A stretch of DNA of 64,000 nt from contig JBGAJQ010000007.1 of assembly GCA_044224875.1 (NCBI GenBank), positions 32,001 to 96,000 on the forward strand. The letters are read 5' to 3'. Within the stretch, counting starts at the first letter, position 1, and every line of letters begins with the position of its first letter. This document shows positions 11,363 through 20,931 of this stretch, in pieces. The stretch comes from Gemmatimonadaceae bacterium. GTDB lineage: Bacteria > Gemmatimonadota > Gemmatimonadetes > Gemmatimonadales > Gemmatimonadaceae. A program made the translations under genes and the position numbers. The notes below the pieces were generated by a model. It did not search any database. It had not been told where the DNA came from and saw only the letters and a program-made list of their open reading frames with translations.

Positions 11363-12580
11363 CGACCGCCGAGTGTGGTTCGAGCGTGCATGCCGCACGT
11401 TCGCATTCCTGTCGCTGTTTGTTGTCGCTGTTGCGGCGACGCGTGAGGGTGTGGCGCGCCGTGCATCAGTCAACGTCGGGTCCACGGACCTCACCGCTGG
11501 GCTCCAGCGTGCCACACTAGCGCAAGCAGCCGACCTACGATTGCGAGCGAGCTACTCACCGTCGGCACCGGAGCGCGCGTGGCTTCGCGCCCTGCGCGCA
11601 AGCGGCACACCGGTGTTGTGGGATGTGACGCGACCCCTCGTGTCGCCCGCCATTGGCGTCGAACCCGCCGTAACTCCGGATCAATCACCCTCGGTGGCGC
11701 TCATCGCGCCGTCAGGAACAACCGTGGTCCTCTCCGATGCGGCCAGTCGCATCGACTCCGTCTCCGTCGGAGCCTCCGGTCGACTGGTGCTCACTGGGGT
11801 CATGGAGCGCGAAGTGCATGCTCGGCTCGGCGCTGGGGAAACAGTGGTGGCGCGCGTCGACACGATTGGCCTTGGTCGAGTTCTCGTGCTCGGCCGCGCC
11901 GATTGGGAGACGAAGTACGTCCTGACAGCCCTCGAGGAGGAGGGTTGGCAGGTGGACGCCCGCGTCAGAGTGGCGCCGTCGTGTTGGACACCGCCGTTGC
12001 CCGGGTCGAAGACCTGGCGACCTACGTGCGGAGTGGCGGTGGGCTCCTGATCGCCAACGACGCCACACTCGACCGCCGTTTGTTGGCCCTGGCGGGAGCC
12101 GGAATAGGGGTCGCGCCGCGGGCCGAGATCGGTGCCCTCGTCAGTTCAAACGCACGGCGCGGACTCAGTGCGCGCGCACTGCTGGAGCGGGACTCGCTGT
12201 CGGTCGTCCTGGAGCGGCGTGGCCCGGCCGCGCTGGTGGTGGCCCGGCGCGTGGGTGTAGGACGGGTCGCGGCGTCGGGGTACGTCGACACCTGGCGGTG
12301 GCGCATGCAGGGGGGCGACGGTTCGGTGGAAGCGCATCGCACCTGGTGGTCCAACGCGGTAGGCGGCGTCGCGTATGTGCGCCTGCTGCCAAGCCGCGAC
12401 CTTAGCGGACTCGATGGCGCTCCGTATGCCGCTATGCTCGCCGACATCGGCCCACCGTCCACAGGCCAAAGAACGTCCGCCCCCCTGTTGGAGACCTGGT
12501 TGCTGCCGCTCGCCTCTCTTCTCACGGCGCTTTCCCTGCTGACCGAATGGGGCAGCCGACGCCTCCGAGGGGCAAAATGA
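11346..12580 (+). pseudogene. Membrane protein of the MoxR cluster, split by a frameshift or deletion near 11975
   Basis: One frame (MRSPSDD..GWQVDARVRVAP) hands over to another (AVVLDTA..YVRSGGGLL..DTWRWRMQG..EWGSRRLRG). Both ends overlap the neighbouring genes. Confidence 0.7.
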
Positions 12581-13509
12581 CCGTCGCCTACATCTCGCAT
12601 TCGGACTGTGGTCGGCACGACACCGGTTGGAACCACCCTGAACACGTAGGCCGGCTGCGCGCGATCCCGCGTGCCCTCCGCAACGAGTTTGACCTGTACG
12701 GTTCCTTGCTGCACCACGAAGGCCGACATGCCATGCCCACGGAGATCGCACTGGCGCATGACCCGGGCTACATCGCCCGCGTGCGTCAGCTGGCCGAGTC
12801 CGGGGGTGGCCGGCTCGATCAGGACACCGTGGCCAGCGAAGGGAGTTGGGACGCCGCGACTGCCGCGGTTGGCTGTGTCTTGGACGCGGTAGACATGGCG
12901 TTCGATGGGCGGGCGACACGAGCGTTTTGCGCCGTTCGACCGCCTGGACACCACGCCTTGCGGCATCGCGCAATGGGGTTCTGCCTGTTCGGGAATGTGG
13001 CAGTTGCGGCGCATTACGCGCGGCAACGGCACGGCATCGACCGGGTGCTCATCGTCGATTGGGATGTACATCACGGGAATGGCACGCAGTCTCTCGTTGA
13101 GCAGACGCCGTCGATTCGATTCGTGTCCATGCACCAGTGGCCGTGGTATCCCGGCACCGGGGCGCGTGAGGACCGCGGGAAGCATCAGAACGTCTGGAAC
13201 ATCCCGATGCCACCCGGGCGCCCCCCGACCGAGTATGTGCAGGCGTTCCAGAAGGGCGTCGACTCTGCCTCGGCAGGTTTTTCCCCTGAGCTTGTCCTCA
13301 TCTCCTGTGGCTTCGATTCGTTGCGTGGAGACCCACTCGGCGGTTTCACGCTGGAACTGGAGGATATTTCCGCCCTGACGAGCGATCTTGTTGACCGGGC
13401 GGCAGTTTGGTGCGGTGGCCGAGTGGTGGTTTCCCTCGAGGGAGGGTACGATCCGGAGCGTGTTGGGGCGGGTGCGGTAAGCGTGATGCAGGCCCTCTGC
13501 AACACGTGA
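12577..13509 (+). CDS. Histone deacetylase family (Zn-dependent amidohydrolase)
   Basis: HPE..RL, RPPGHHA, GFCLFGNVA, DWDVHHGNGTQ, GFDS, LEGGY. Confidence 0.95.
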   Translation: MTVAYISHSDCGRHDTGWNHPEHVGRLRAIPRALRNEFDLYGSLLHHEGRHAMPTEIALAHDPGYIARVRQLAESGGGRLDQDTVASEGSWDAATAAVGCVLDAVDMAFDGRATRAFCAVRPPGHHALRHRAMGFCLFGNVAVAAHYARQRHGIDRVLIVDWDVHHGNGTQSLVEQTPSIRFVSMHQWPWYPGTGAREDRGKHQNVWNIPMPPGRPPTEYVQAFQKGVDSASAGFSPELVLISCGFDSLRGDPLGGFTLELEDISALTSDLVDRAAVWCGGRVVVSLEGGYDPERVGAGAVSVMQALCNT

Positions 13510-13734
13510 CCGGCGGCTAGGGGCTAGTCGTCCTTTCTGTGGGTGCGCCGTGAGCGTTGACGCAGCGGCGAGCACCCGATGGCAGTGGGGCGCGAGGTAC
13601 ACCCGGAGCCGTCGATACTCTAGAGTAGCGGGCGGTCGTCAACGGTCCGGCCTGCCTAACGACTTTCGGCCGCGTCAAGGCGCGCGTAGTTTGCAGGACC
13701 CGTCCCACTTTCGCCAGACGACAAGGATCCTTCA

Positions 13735-14415
13735 TTGGCTCGCATCACCACGACCGATCGTTTCCGCGCCATCGGCACGAATGCCCAGCAGCTGTGTGGC
13801 GTTTATTTGCTGGAGGCCGGCGCGCTGCCGCGACTCGCTGACGCCGAAGTGGTTCCCTTCCGGGAACTCGGCGCCTTGGTGCGTGTCGTGCCATACGTCG
13901 CCATGCAGCCGACCCAACCGGATGTGGTCGCGTACCGCGCCCTGGTTGAAGGGATCTTTGCCGAACGTACCGTACTCCCGGCGCCCTACGGTCTTGTCTT
14001 TCGGACGCGCGAGGCGTTGTTGCATTGGCTCGAGGTCCACTACGTCACGCTGGTGGATGCCGTGCGCTTCCTCGACGATCGCGTAATGGCTCGCGTCAGC
14101 GTCATGCCCGGACTCTCCACGCGCGATTGGGACACCCGCGAGATCTCCAAGGTCGGTCATGATCTCGAGGTGACAGCATTTGACTCGTTCCGCGTGCTCA
14201 AGAAGCACGCGGTGGCTTTTGTGGCGATCGACCGGGACGATCAGGACCCCACAACGGTGGATGGGGCGGAGGGGGCGTTCCTGGTGGAGCGTGAGCAGTG
14301 GACGGCGTTCACGACCGTCGTGAAGGAGGAGCAACGTCGCTTGCCCGACCTTCGCATCGAGCAGACGGGTCCTTGGCCGGCCTACGACTTTGTGAAGTTC
14401 GAGTTCAAGGGATAG
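13735..14415 (+). CDS. GvpL/GvpF gas-vesicle accessory family protein
   Basis: TVLPAPYGLVF and C-terminal TGPWPAYDFV match the family motifs. TTG start is uncertain. Confidence 0.8.
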   Translation: MARITTTDRFRAIGTNAQQLCGVYLLEAGALPRLADAEVVPFRELGALVRVVPYVAMQPTQPDVVAYRALVEGIFAERTVLPAPYGLVFRTREALLHWLEVHYVTLVDAVRFLDDRVMARVSVMPGLSTRDWDTREISKVGHDLEVTAFDSFRVLKKHAVAFVAIDRDDQDPTTVDGAEGAFLVEREQWTAFTTVVKEEQRRLPDLRIEQTGPWPAYDFVKFEFKG

Positions 14416-14463
14416 CCAGAGCCTAACGACCCGCCTCACGCCTCACCCCGTTTTCACCCCTCG

Positions 14464-15471
14464 ATGTTCTGTCCTTCCTGTGGTAACTGGAATCGCACCC
14501 GCGCTGTAGTCTGCGTCCGCTGCAAGTCGGATCTGCCGGAGGTATCCGGTCTTCCGCTCGAGCAGCCGGACGGGGAGCTGACGGCGCTGCGAAAGGCGAC
14601 AGGGGGGCGGTATCGCGTGCTTCGGCGGCTGGGCAGTGGCGGCATGGCGCACGTGTACTACGCGCTGCACGCCACGCTGGAGCGGCCGTTGGTCGTAAAG
14701 GTGTTGCACGCGCACCTGGCCAAGGACGAGGAGATGCGTGAGCGCTTCCGTCGGGAGGCCGAGGCGGCGAGTCAGCTCATCCATCCGCACATCTGCGCGA
14801 TCCACGACTACCAGGCGATCGGCGAGCTTGTGTTCCTGGTGATGCCGTACATGGCTGGCGGATCGCTGGCCGATGTGCTGATGCGCGACCGTACCGTGCC
14901 GGGTCCCCGGGCGGCCGCCGTGTCTGGTCAGGTTGCCACCGCACTGGACTACGCCCATCGCCGGGGCATCGTGCACCGCGACATCAAGCCGGACAACGTG
15001 CTGTTTGACGAGGATGCGCACGCGCTTATCACCGACTTCGGTATCGCGACTGCTCGCTTCCACGGCCGCCTAACGCGGACGGGGCGGGCCATGGGCACAC
15101 CGCACTACATGTCGCCCGAGCAGGCGATGGGGAAGATGGTCGACGGTCGCAGCGACCTGTATGCCGTCGGCGTCATGCTGTATGAAATGCTCGTCGGATT
15201 TCCCCCATTCGATGGCGCCGACTCGTATTCGGTCGGGTACAAGCAGGTTCACGAAACGGCGGTGGCCCCTGACGTCGTGGACTCGCGCGTTCCGCCGGAG
15301 CTCTCGGCGATCGTCATGAAGTGCCTCGCGAAGTCGGTCGATGAGCGATACCAGACGGGCTTCGAGCTGGCTGACGCGATCCTCTCGTACCTCGGCGCCG
15401 CGAACGCCCCGTCTGAACTGCGCGCCGCCTGGTTCGCGCGGCGTTCGCCCGCGGTCGTGATGGCGCAGTAG
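14464..15471 (+). CDS. Hanks-type Ser/Thr kinase with N-terminal zinc ribbon
   Basis: [50 protein letters not shown]. Confidence 0.95.
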   Translation: MFCPSCGNWNRTRAVVCVRCKSDLPEVSGLPLEQPDGELTALRKATGGRYRVLRRLGSGGMAHVYYALHATLERPLVVKVLHAHLAKDEEMRERFRREAEAASQLIHPHICAIHDYQAIGELVFLVMPYMAGGSLADVLMRDRTVPGPRAAAVSGQVATALDYAHRRGIVHRDIKPDNVLFDEDAHALITDFGIATARFHGRLTRTGRAMGTPHYMSPEQAMGKMVDGRSDLYAVGVMLYEMLVGFPPFDGADSYSVGYKQVHETAVAPDVVDSRVPPELSAIVMKCLAKSVDERYQTGFELADAILSYLGAANAPSELRAAWFARRSPAVVMAQ

Positions 15472-15528
15472 GAGTGCTCGGCCGCGCGCGCGGCGATCCT
15501 TGGCGTTCAGGCAGGCCGGACAGACCGT

Positions 15529-15613
15529 CGTTCCTCGATTCGCGAACCACCCGGCCGCCCCCATCGGCCGCTGGCCACCGTGGGCTTTGGCCGTTCCTCG
15601 ATTCTGGAACCAC
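15529..15613. repeat. 22-bp imperfect direct repeat, two copies 63 bp apart
   Basis: CGTTCCTCGATTCgcGAACCAC at 15529 and CGTTCCTCGATTCtgGAACCAC at 15592, intergenic. Confidence 0.7.
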
Positions 15614-15690
15614 GCTGCCATCGCAATCTGCTGGCGGCCGTCGCTCCGGAAGCCAGATTCTCTCGCGTCATCCCACCCGCGAGTCCAACC

Positions 15691-16821
15691 ATGCGGTCCC
15701 GAAGGGTTCACGGCGTTTTTCTCGGTGCATTGCTGTCGATGACCGCGCTGTCGCCAGCTCGCGCGGCGCAGCCGCGTGCTGGCGCATATGCCAGCGTCAT
15801 CGCCAAGGCTCGTCAGCTCGTCCGAGATTCACTCGCGTCCAACGGCTCACCAGGCGTCTCGGTGGCGGTATCCGTCGACGGCGTGAACGTGTGGGAGGAG
15901 GGTTTCGGCTTTGCCGACCTGGAGCAGCGCGTCCCGGTCACGCCGCGCACGCGCTTCCGCATTGGATCCGTCTCGAAGTCGCTCACGAGCATCGCGTTAG
16001 GCAGGTTGCTCCAGGAGGGGCGCCTGGATCTCGACGCCGAGGTCCAACGCTATGCCCCAACGTTTCCCAAGAAGCCGTGGCCCCTGACGGTGCGCGAGGT
16101 CGGTGGCCACCTTGGCGGAATTCGTCACTACCGCGGCGAAGAGGTCTATAGCGCCAGGTCGTATCCCAACGTGACCGCTGCGCTCGACATCTTCAAGGAC
16201 GACTCCCTGCTGTCTGAGCCCGGCACGTCCTTCAGCTACAGCAGCTACGGATTCAACCTCCTCTCCGTGGTGGTCGAGGGCGCGGCGGGAATGCCTTTTC
16301 TCACGTACATGTCGACTCGGGTCCTTGGACCGTTAGGCATGCAACAGACATCGCCCGATTTTGTGGACTCCATCATCCCGAATCGCGCGCGCTTCTACGA
16401 TCGCGAGGGGAGGGGAGCCTGGACGAACTCGCGTTACGTGGACCAGAGCAACAAGTGGGCGGGGGGTGGCTACCTGTCCACGCCGCATGACCTGCTGCTA
16501 CTCGCCGGCGCGGTCATGAAACCCGGCTTGCTGAATCCCGAAGCGATCAGGTCGCTGACGAGCACCCAACGCACGCGCGCCGGTAAGGCCACCGAATACG
16601 GCATCGGGTGGTTCGTCGTCACGCCAGACACGGGACGGCGCATGGTCTTTCACTCCGGCGGCTCCGTCGGAGGGACCACGCACCTGGTCACATTTCCCGA
16701 TCACGGCGTGGCCGTGGCCATGACCGTGAATGCCGGTGGCGAAGTGTGGATTGGTACCGGGCGCGTGCCGCGGCAGGTCGCACAGTTGTTCATCGAGGCC
16801 AAGGAGAAGGCGAAGCGTTAG
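15691..16821 (+). CDS. Secreted serine hydrolase, beta-lactamase/AmpC-like family
   Basis: Signal peptide, SVSK (SxxK), YSSYG, HSGG. Confidence 0.9.
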   Translation: MRSRRVHGVFLGALLSMTALSPARAAQPRAGAYASVIAKARQLVRDSLASNGSPGVSVAVSVDGVNVWEEGFGFADLEQRVPVTPRTRFRIGSVSKSLTSIALGRLLQEGRLDLDAEVQRYAPTFPKKPWPLTVREVGGHLGGIRHYRGEEVYSARSYPNVTAALDIFKDDSLLSEPGTSFSYSSYGFNLLSVVVEGAAGMPFLTYMSTRVLGPLGMQQTSPDFVDSIIPNRARFYDREGRGAWTNSRYVDQSNKWAGGGYLSTPHDLLLLAGAVMKPGLLNPEAIRSLTSTQRTRAGKATEYGIGWFVVTPDTGRRMVFHSGGSVGGTTHLVTFPDHGVAVAMTVNAGGEVWIGTGRVPRQVAQLFIEAKEKAKR

Positions 16822-16890
16822 GCGCTCAGCCCGCCTGTCGGCGGGACCCGACGCAGGGCCCGCACCAGCCCGAAAAACGGGCGCGCTTTG

Positions 16891-17352
16891 CTAGTCGAGG
16901 AAGCGCTCGCGGACGGCCGGCGCCGGGATCTGGCAGGTGTCGTACCGTCCCCAGATGCGATACCGCCGCTTGGCCACTTGGTCGTAGACCCAGTCACGCA
17001 CCGGGCGCGGGACGAGGTAAAAGACGAGGGCGATTCCCCACAGACCGCCCAGGTAGCGCATCACCTCAAGCGCCGCCGTCGATCGAATGTAGGCGCCACT
17101 CGGTGTGACGAGGATGAGCGAGTCCACACCGGCGAGGCCGGTCAGCGAGGCGCGCGCCCCGTCACCCCACGACCCCTGCAATGTCGCGAACTTCAGCGTC
17201 TTGTGCCGATCGTGCCGCAACACGAACTGCACGAATCGGTCGCACAAGCCGCAGACGCCGTCGTACAGCAGGATCGCGTCGCCCTCGGCAAGGCGCTTGG
17301 CGAGCAGGCGTTGCGCCGCGGTGGGGCGTGCGGAAGTCGTCGCGCTGGCCAT
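16891..17352 (-). CDS. DCC1-like thiol-disulfide oxidoreductase
   Basis: YDGVCGLC, FATLQ, RDWVYDQVAKRRY. Confidence 0.9.
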   Translation of the reverse strand: MASATTSARPTAAQRLLAKRLAEGDAILLYDGVCGLCDRFVQFVLRHDRHKTLKFATLQGSWGDGARASLTGLAGVDSLILVTPSGAYIRSTAALEVMRYLGGLWGIALVFYLVPRPVRDWVYDQVAKRRYRIWGRYDTCQIPAPAVRERFLD

Positions 17353-17405
17353 GCAGGAAATATGACCCGGAGATCAGCGATTGCGCACGGTGCGATATTG
17401 CCTGC

Positions 17406-19682
17406 ATGGCCGCGCCCACACACCACCGCTATATCGAGGTCGCCCTTCCACTTCCGCTGCCGCAGACGTTCACGTATTCGGTCGAGGAGGAGTTCGAGCA
17501 TCCCCTCGTGCCGGGGGCGCGAGTCGTCGTGCCACTGCGAGGCGGAAGCGAGGTAGGTGTGTGCGTCGCCGTGGACGTTGAACCAGACGTCAACCGACGG
17601 TACAAGGCGGTCCGCGGCGTGCCCGACGCCGTCCCTGCGATTCCGGCCGGGCTCCTTGCGACCTGCCGGTGGATCGCCGAGTACTACGCGGCGCCACTGG
17701 GGCTCGTCCTGCGGAGTGCCCTGCCGTCATTACTGACTGGAGCGGAGGCTCCAGTTCCCGCACCGCGCACTCGTCGGATTTTGGTTGCCGCAGAGGCGGT
17801 GCCGTCGCTCATGGAGCGGGAACGGCTCTTCAAGCGCGCGCCCAAGCAGCGCAAGCTCTTCGAGTTGCTCGAAGCGTTAGGCGGCCGGGTGCCCATCGAT
17901 CATCTGGTGGGGCAACTCGAGGTATCGCCAGCCGTCGTGAACGCGTTGGTCAACCGCTCGCTGGCTCGCGTGGAGCGCGACGAAGTAGCTCGCACCCCGA
18001 TGCTGGGTCGGAAGGTTGCGGCTGGAGCACACGCGCCCACAGCAGCGCAGCGAGCGGCCATCGATGCGATTACGGCGAGTACTCCCGGCGAGGTTCTCCT
18101 GCTGCACGGGATTACAGGTTCTGGGAAGACGCTCGTCTACCTGGAGGCACTCCGCGAAGTCGTGCTGGAACGGGGCCGCGGTGCCATAGTCCTTGTCCCC
18201 GAGATTGCGCTCACGCCGCAGACCGTCGACCGATTTCGTGGCGTGTTTGGCGACCAGGTGGCCGTGCTGCATTCGGCACTGTCCGATGGCGAGCGACTCG
18301 ACGAGTGGCGCGCATTGCGTAGTGGCCGAAAACGCATTGCGGTGGGCGCGCGATCGGCGTTGTTTGCCCCGCTCGAGGACGTCGGCATCGTCGTTGTGGA
18401 CGAGGAGCATGAGGCGAGCTACAAGCAAGCCGAGAGTCCGCGCTATCACGCGCGTGACGCCGCGATTGTGCGGGCCCGTGCCGAGTCTCAACGAGGGGTG
18501 ACCGTCCTCGGCAGCGCCACGCCTTCACTCGAGAGCTGGGTCCGGGCGCGCGACGGGCACTACCGGCTGCTGGAGCTGCCGGAGCGCGTGGGGGGAGGCT
18601 CGCTCCCCGCCGTGCAAGTGATCGACCTTCGGCGCCCCACGCAGTCCGGGGCGATCGGTGCGCCCGATCCCTTCCGTCGGGTCATTTCCGAACCGTTGGA
18701 AGCCGCGATTCGCGAGCGGCTGCAACAGCGCCAGCAGTCGTTGCTCCTCCTGAATCGGCGTGGCTACTCGGCGTTTCTTTTGTGCAGCGCGTGCGGAGAC
18801 GTGGCGGCGTGCCCGCACTGCTCGATTTCATTGACGTATCATCGGACGCCGGAGCGTCTGGTGTGCCATTACTGTGCGTATTCCGAGCACCCCCGCACGC
18901 AATGTCCGCGCTGCCGAGGGACGACCGTGCGAGAGCGTGGGCTGGGCACGCAGCAGGTCGAGCGCCTGCTGGGCGAACGATTCCCGCAGGCGCGCATTGC
19001 CCGCATGGACGTCGATACGACGACGGGTAAGCTGGCGCACGCGTCGATCCTCGATCGCGTTGGGGCTGGCGAGGTGGACATCTTGCTGGGAACGCAGATG
19101 ATCGCGAAGGGGCTCGACTTCCCGAACGTGACCCTCGTCGGGGTCGTGGACGCCGACGTGGGCATCAACCTCCCGGACTTCCGGGCGTCCGAGCGGTCGT
19201 TTCAGCTCTTGGCGCAGGTGGCGGGTCGGGCGGGTCGCGGCCCCAAGGGCGGTGACGTGTATATCCAGACGCGCCACCCCGAGCATCACGCCGTGCGCTG
19301 TGCCACGACGCACGACGTGCGCGGGTTCCTCGTCGAGGAGTTGGCGGCGCGGACCTCACCACCATATCCGCCCGTCGTTAGGCTCGCCAACGTGCTGGTG
19401 AGCGGCACACAGGAGGAGGCCACGGCCGACTTGGCCCAGGCGTGCGCCGAGTGGCTGTCCCAGTTGTTGCAGCGACAGGCCGGGCTCGATGTGCGGATTG
19501 TCGGTCCCGCGCCCTGCGCAATCGATCGCATCAAGGATCGCTGGCGGTGGCACTTGCTCATCAAGGCATCGCGTGCTCGATCTCTCACCCGCGTCTGCAA
19601 TTACCTGATGGCGCGTTTTGACGTGCCCGCGCGCGCGGGGCTTCGGCTCAGCGTCGATCGGGATCCGGTGACGCTGCTCTGA
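17406..19682 (+). CDS. priA: Replication restart helicase PriA
   Basis: LLHGITGSGKT, VPEIALTPQ, DEEHE, SATPS, Cys-rich region, GTQMIAKGLDFP, QVAGRAGR. Confidence 0.97.
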   Translation: MAAPTHHRYIEVALPLPLPQTFTYSVEEEFEHPLVPGARVVVPLRGGSEVGVCVAVDVEPDVNRRYKAVRGVPDAVPAIPAGLLATCRWIAEYYAAPLGLVLRSALPSLLTGAEAPVPAPRTRRILVAAEAVPSLMERERLFKRAPKQRKLFELLEALGGRVPIDHLVGQLEVSPAVVNALVNRSLARVERDEVARTPMLGRKVAAGAHAPTAAQRAAIDAITASTPGEVLLLHGITGSGKTLVYLEALREVVLERGRGAIVLVPEIALTPQTVDRFRGVFGDQVAVLHSALSDGERLDEWRALRSGRKRIAVGARSALFAPLEDVGIVVVDEEHEASYKQAESPRYHARDAAIVRARAESQRGVTVLGSATPSLESWVRARDGHYRLLELPERVGGGSLPAVQVIDLRRPTQSGAIGAPDPFRRVISEPLEAAIRERLQQRQQSLLLLNRRGYSAFLLCSACGDVAACPHCSISLTYHRTPERLVCHYCAYSEHPRTQCPRCRGTTVRERGLGTQQVERLLGERFPQARIARMDVDTTTGKLAHASILDRVGAGEVDILLGTQMIAKGLDFPNVTLVGVVDADVGINLPDFRASERSFQLLAQVAGRAGRGPKGGDVYIQTRHPEHHAVRCATTHDVRGFLVEELAARTSPPYPPVVRLANVLVSGTQEEATADLAQACAEWLSQLLQRQAGLDVRIVGPAPCAIDRIKDRWRWHLLIKASRARSLTRVCNYLMARFDVPARAGLRLSVDRDPVTLL

Positions 19683-19779
19683 TATCACAAATATTCACAG
19701 GCACTGGCGCACTGTGGATACCGCCGATCGGTCGCAATGGCCCGTTGTTCCGTGCGGCGCAGGTGGCGATCTTTCTCAC

Positions 19780-20931
19780 GTGTCATTCTCGCATCCCGAC
19801 TTCTCCCAACCGCGATTTGCCAAGGCGCCGGATGCGCGCTTTGTGCCGGCACCGGCCGACGGCGTCCTCCCTGACGATTTCTTCTCCACGACCAATCTCC
19901 CGACGTACGTACGCGTGAAGGGGGTGTGGCGTCTGCCGCGTGAACCGCGCATGGATTCCGCCCTGTACCTTGATGCAGCTGGCGAGATCTGGGTTCGTGA
20001 GGGTCGGCGTATCCGCCGCGGCGATTTGGTCGCCGTGGGTCAGCGGGAGGATGGGAGCGAAGGGATCTACGTCTACGCCGACGCCTTTCACGGTCAGAGC
20101 GCCGAGGGCGAATTCAAGTTCATGACGAGCGAGGTCTCGCGCGAAAAGCCGATCGACTATTCGCTCATGGCGCGCATGCTGATCGCCGAGCGGGAGCGCG
20201 GTGGGTATCCCATTTGGGTGACTGGTCCGGCCCTGGTGCATTCGCGTGCGCGGGCCGACATGACCTGGTTCATCCAAAACGGCTTTGTTGGCGCTCTGCT
20301 CGCCGGAAACGCCGTCGCTGTCCACGACATCGAGGCGTCGATCTACGGTACCACGTTAGGCATGAGTGGCAGCGGTGAAGCCACCACCGGCGGACACGCC
20401 CTGCATATGCGCGCGATCAACCGGCTCCGTGCCGTCGGCTCGATTGCCGCCGCGGTGGAGCAGGGGTTCGTCACCGACGGCATCATGCACGCCTGTGTTC
20501 GACATGAGGTTCCCTTCGTCCTGTGTGGATCCATCCGCGACGATGGCCCGCTGCCCGGCGTGTACACGGACGTCGCCGAAGCGCAGGACGCCATGCGCGC
20601 CCATGCCGTGAAGGCGACCATGGCCATCCTCATCGCGACCGCCCTGCATTCGATCGCGACGGGGAACATGCTCCCCGCGTTCGTTACGGAAGCCAGTGGC
20701 ACGTTGCGAGAGCTTCCAACGATCTGTGTCGATTCGTCGGAGTTTGTCGTGAGCAAGCTCAAGGATCGCGGAACGCACCAGGCGTTCGGCGTCGTCACCA
20801 ACGCCCAGGATTTCATGCACATACTCCGACTGTACGTGGAGCGAGAGATGGATGCCACCGGCCTAACGCCGAAGCACGGACGTGCAACGCCGCAAGGGGT
20901 ACTCACCGTCCCCACGGGAGGCGCGCGATGA
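19780..20931 (+). CDS. TIGR00300-family (ArgZ/AgrE C-terminal, ornithine cyclodeaminase-like) protein
   Basis: FFSTTNLPT, RMD, FKFMTSEVSREK, GPALVH, GNAVAVHDIE, GSIRDDGPLP, LHSIATGNMLP, KLKDRG. Confidence 0.8.
   Translation: MSFSHPDFSQPRFAKAPDARFVPAPADGVLPDDFFSTTNLPTYVRVKGVWRLPREPRMDSALYLDAAGEIWVREGRRIRRGDLVAVGQREDGSEGIYVYADAFHGQSAEGEFKFMTSEVSREKPIDYSLMARMLIAERERGGYPIWVTGPALVHSRARADMTWFIQNGFVGALLAGNAVAVHDIEASIYGTTLGMSGSGEATTGGHALHMRAINRLRAVGSIAAAVEQGFVTDGIMHACVRHEVPFVLCGSIRDDGPLPGVYTDVAEAQDAMRAHAVKATMAILIATALHSIATGNMLPAFVTEASGTLRELPTICVDSSEFVVSKLKDRGTHQAFGVVTNAQDFMHILRLYVEREMDATGLTPKHGRATPQGVLTVPTGGAR

Noticed and set aside
7402..13602. Long antisense ORFs (7402-9036, 12022-13602 and similar elsewhere)
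   Set aside because: Shadow ORFs expected in high-GC DNA, overlapping well-supported genes with no motifs of their own.
15529..15613. Mini-CRISPR array (22-bp repeat with 41-bp spacer)
   Set aside because: Only two imperfect copies, with no leader or cas genes.
19681..19722. AT-rich patch after priA with ATATTCACA and TGTGGATA (DnaA- or ArgR-like)
   Set aside because: Only mismatched matches and too short for an origin. Probably just a promoter.
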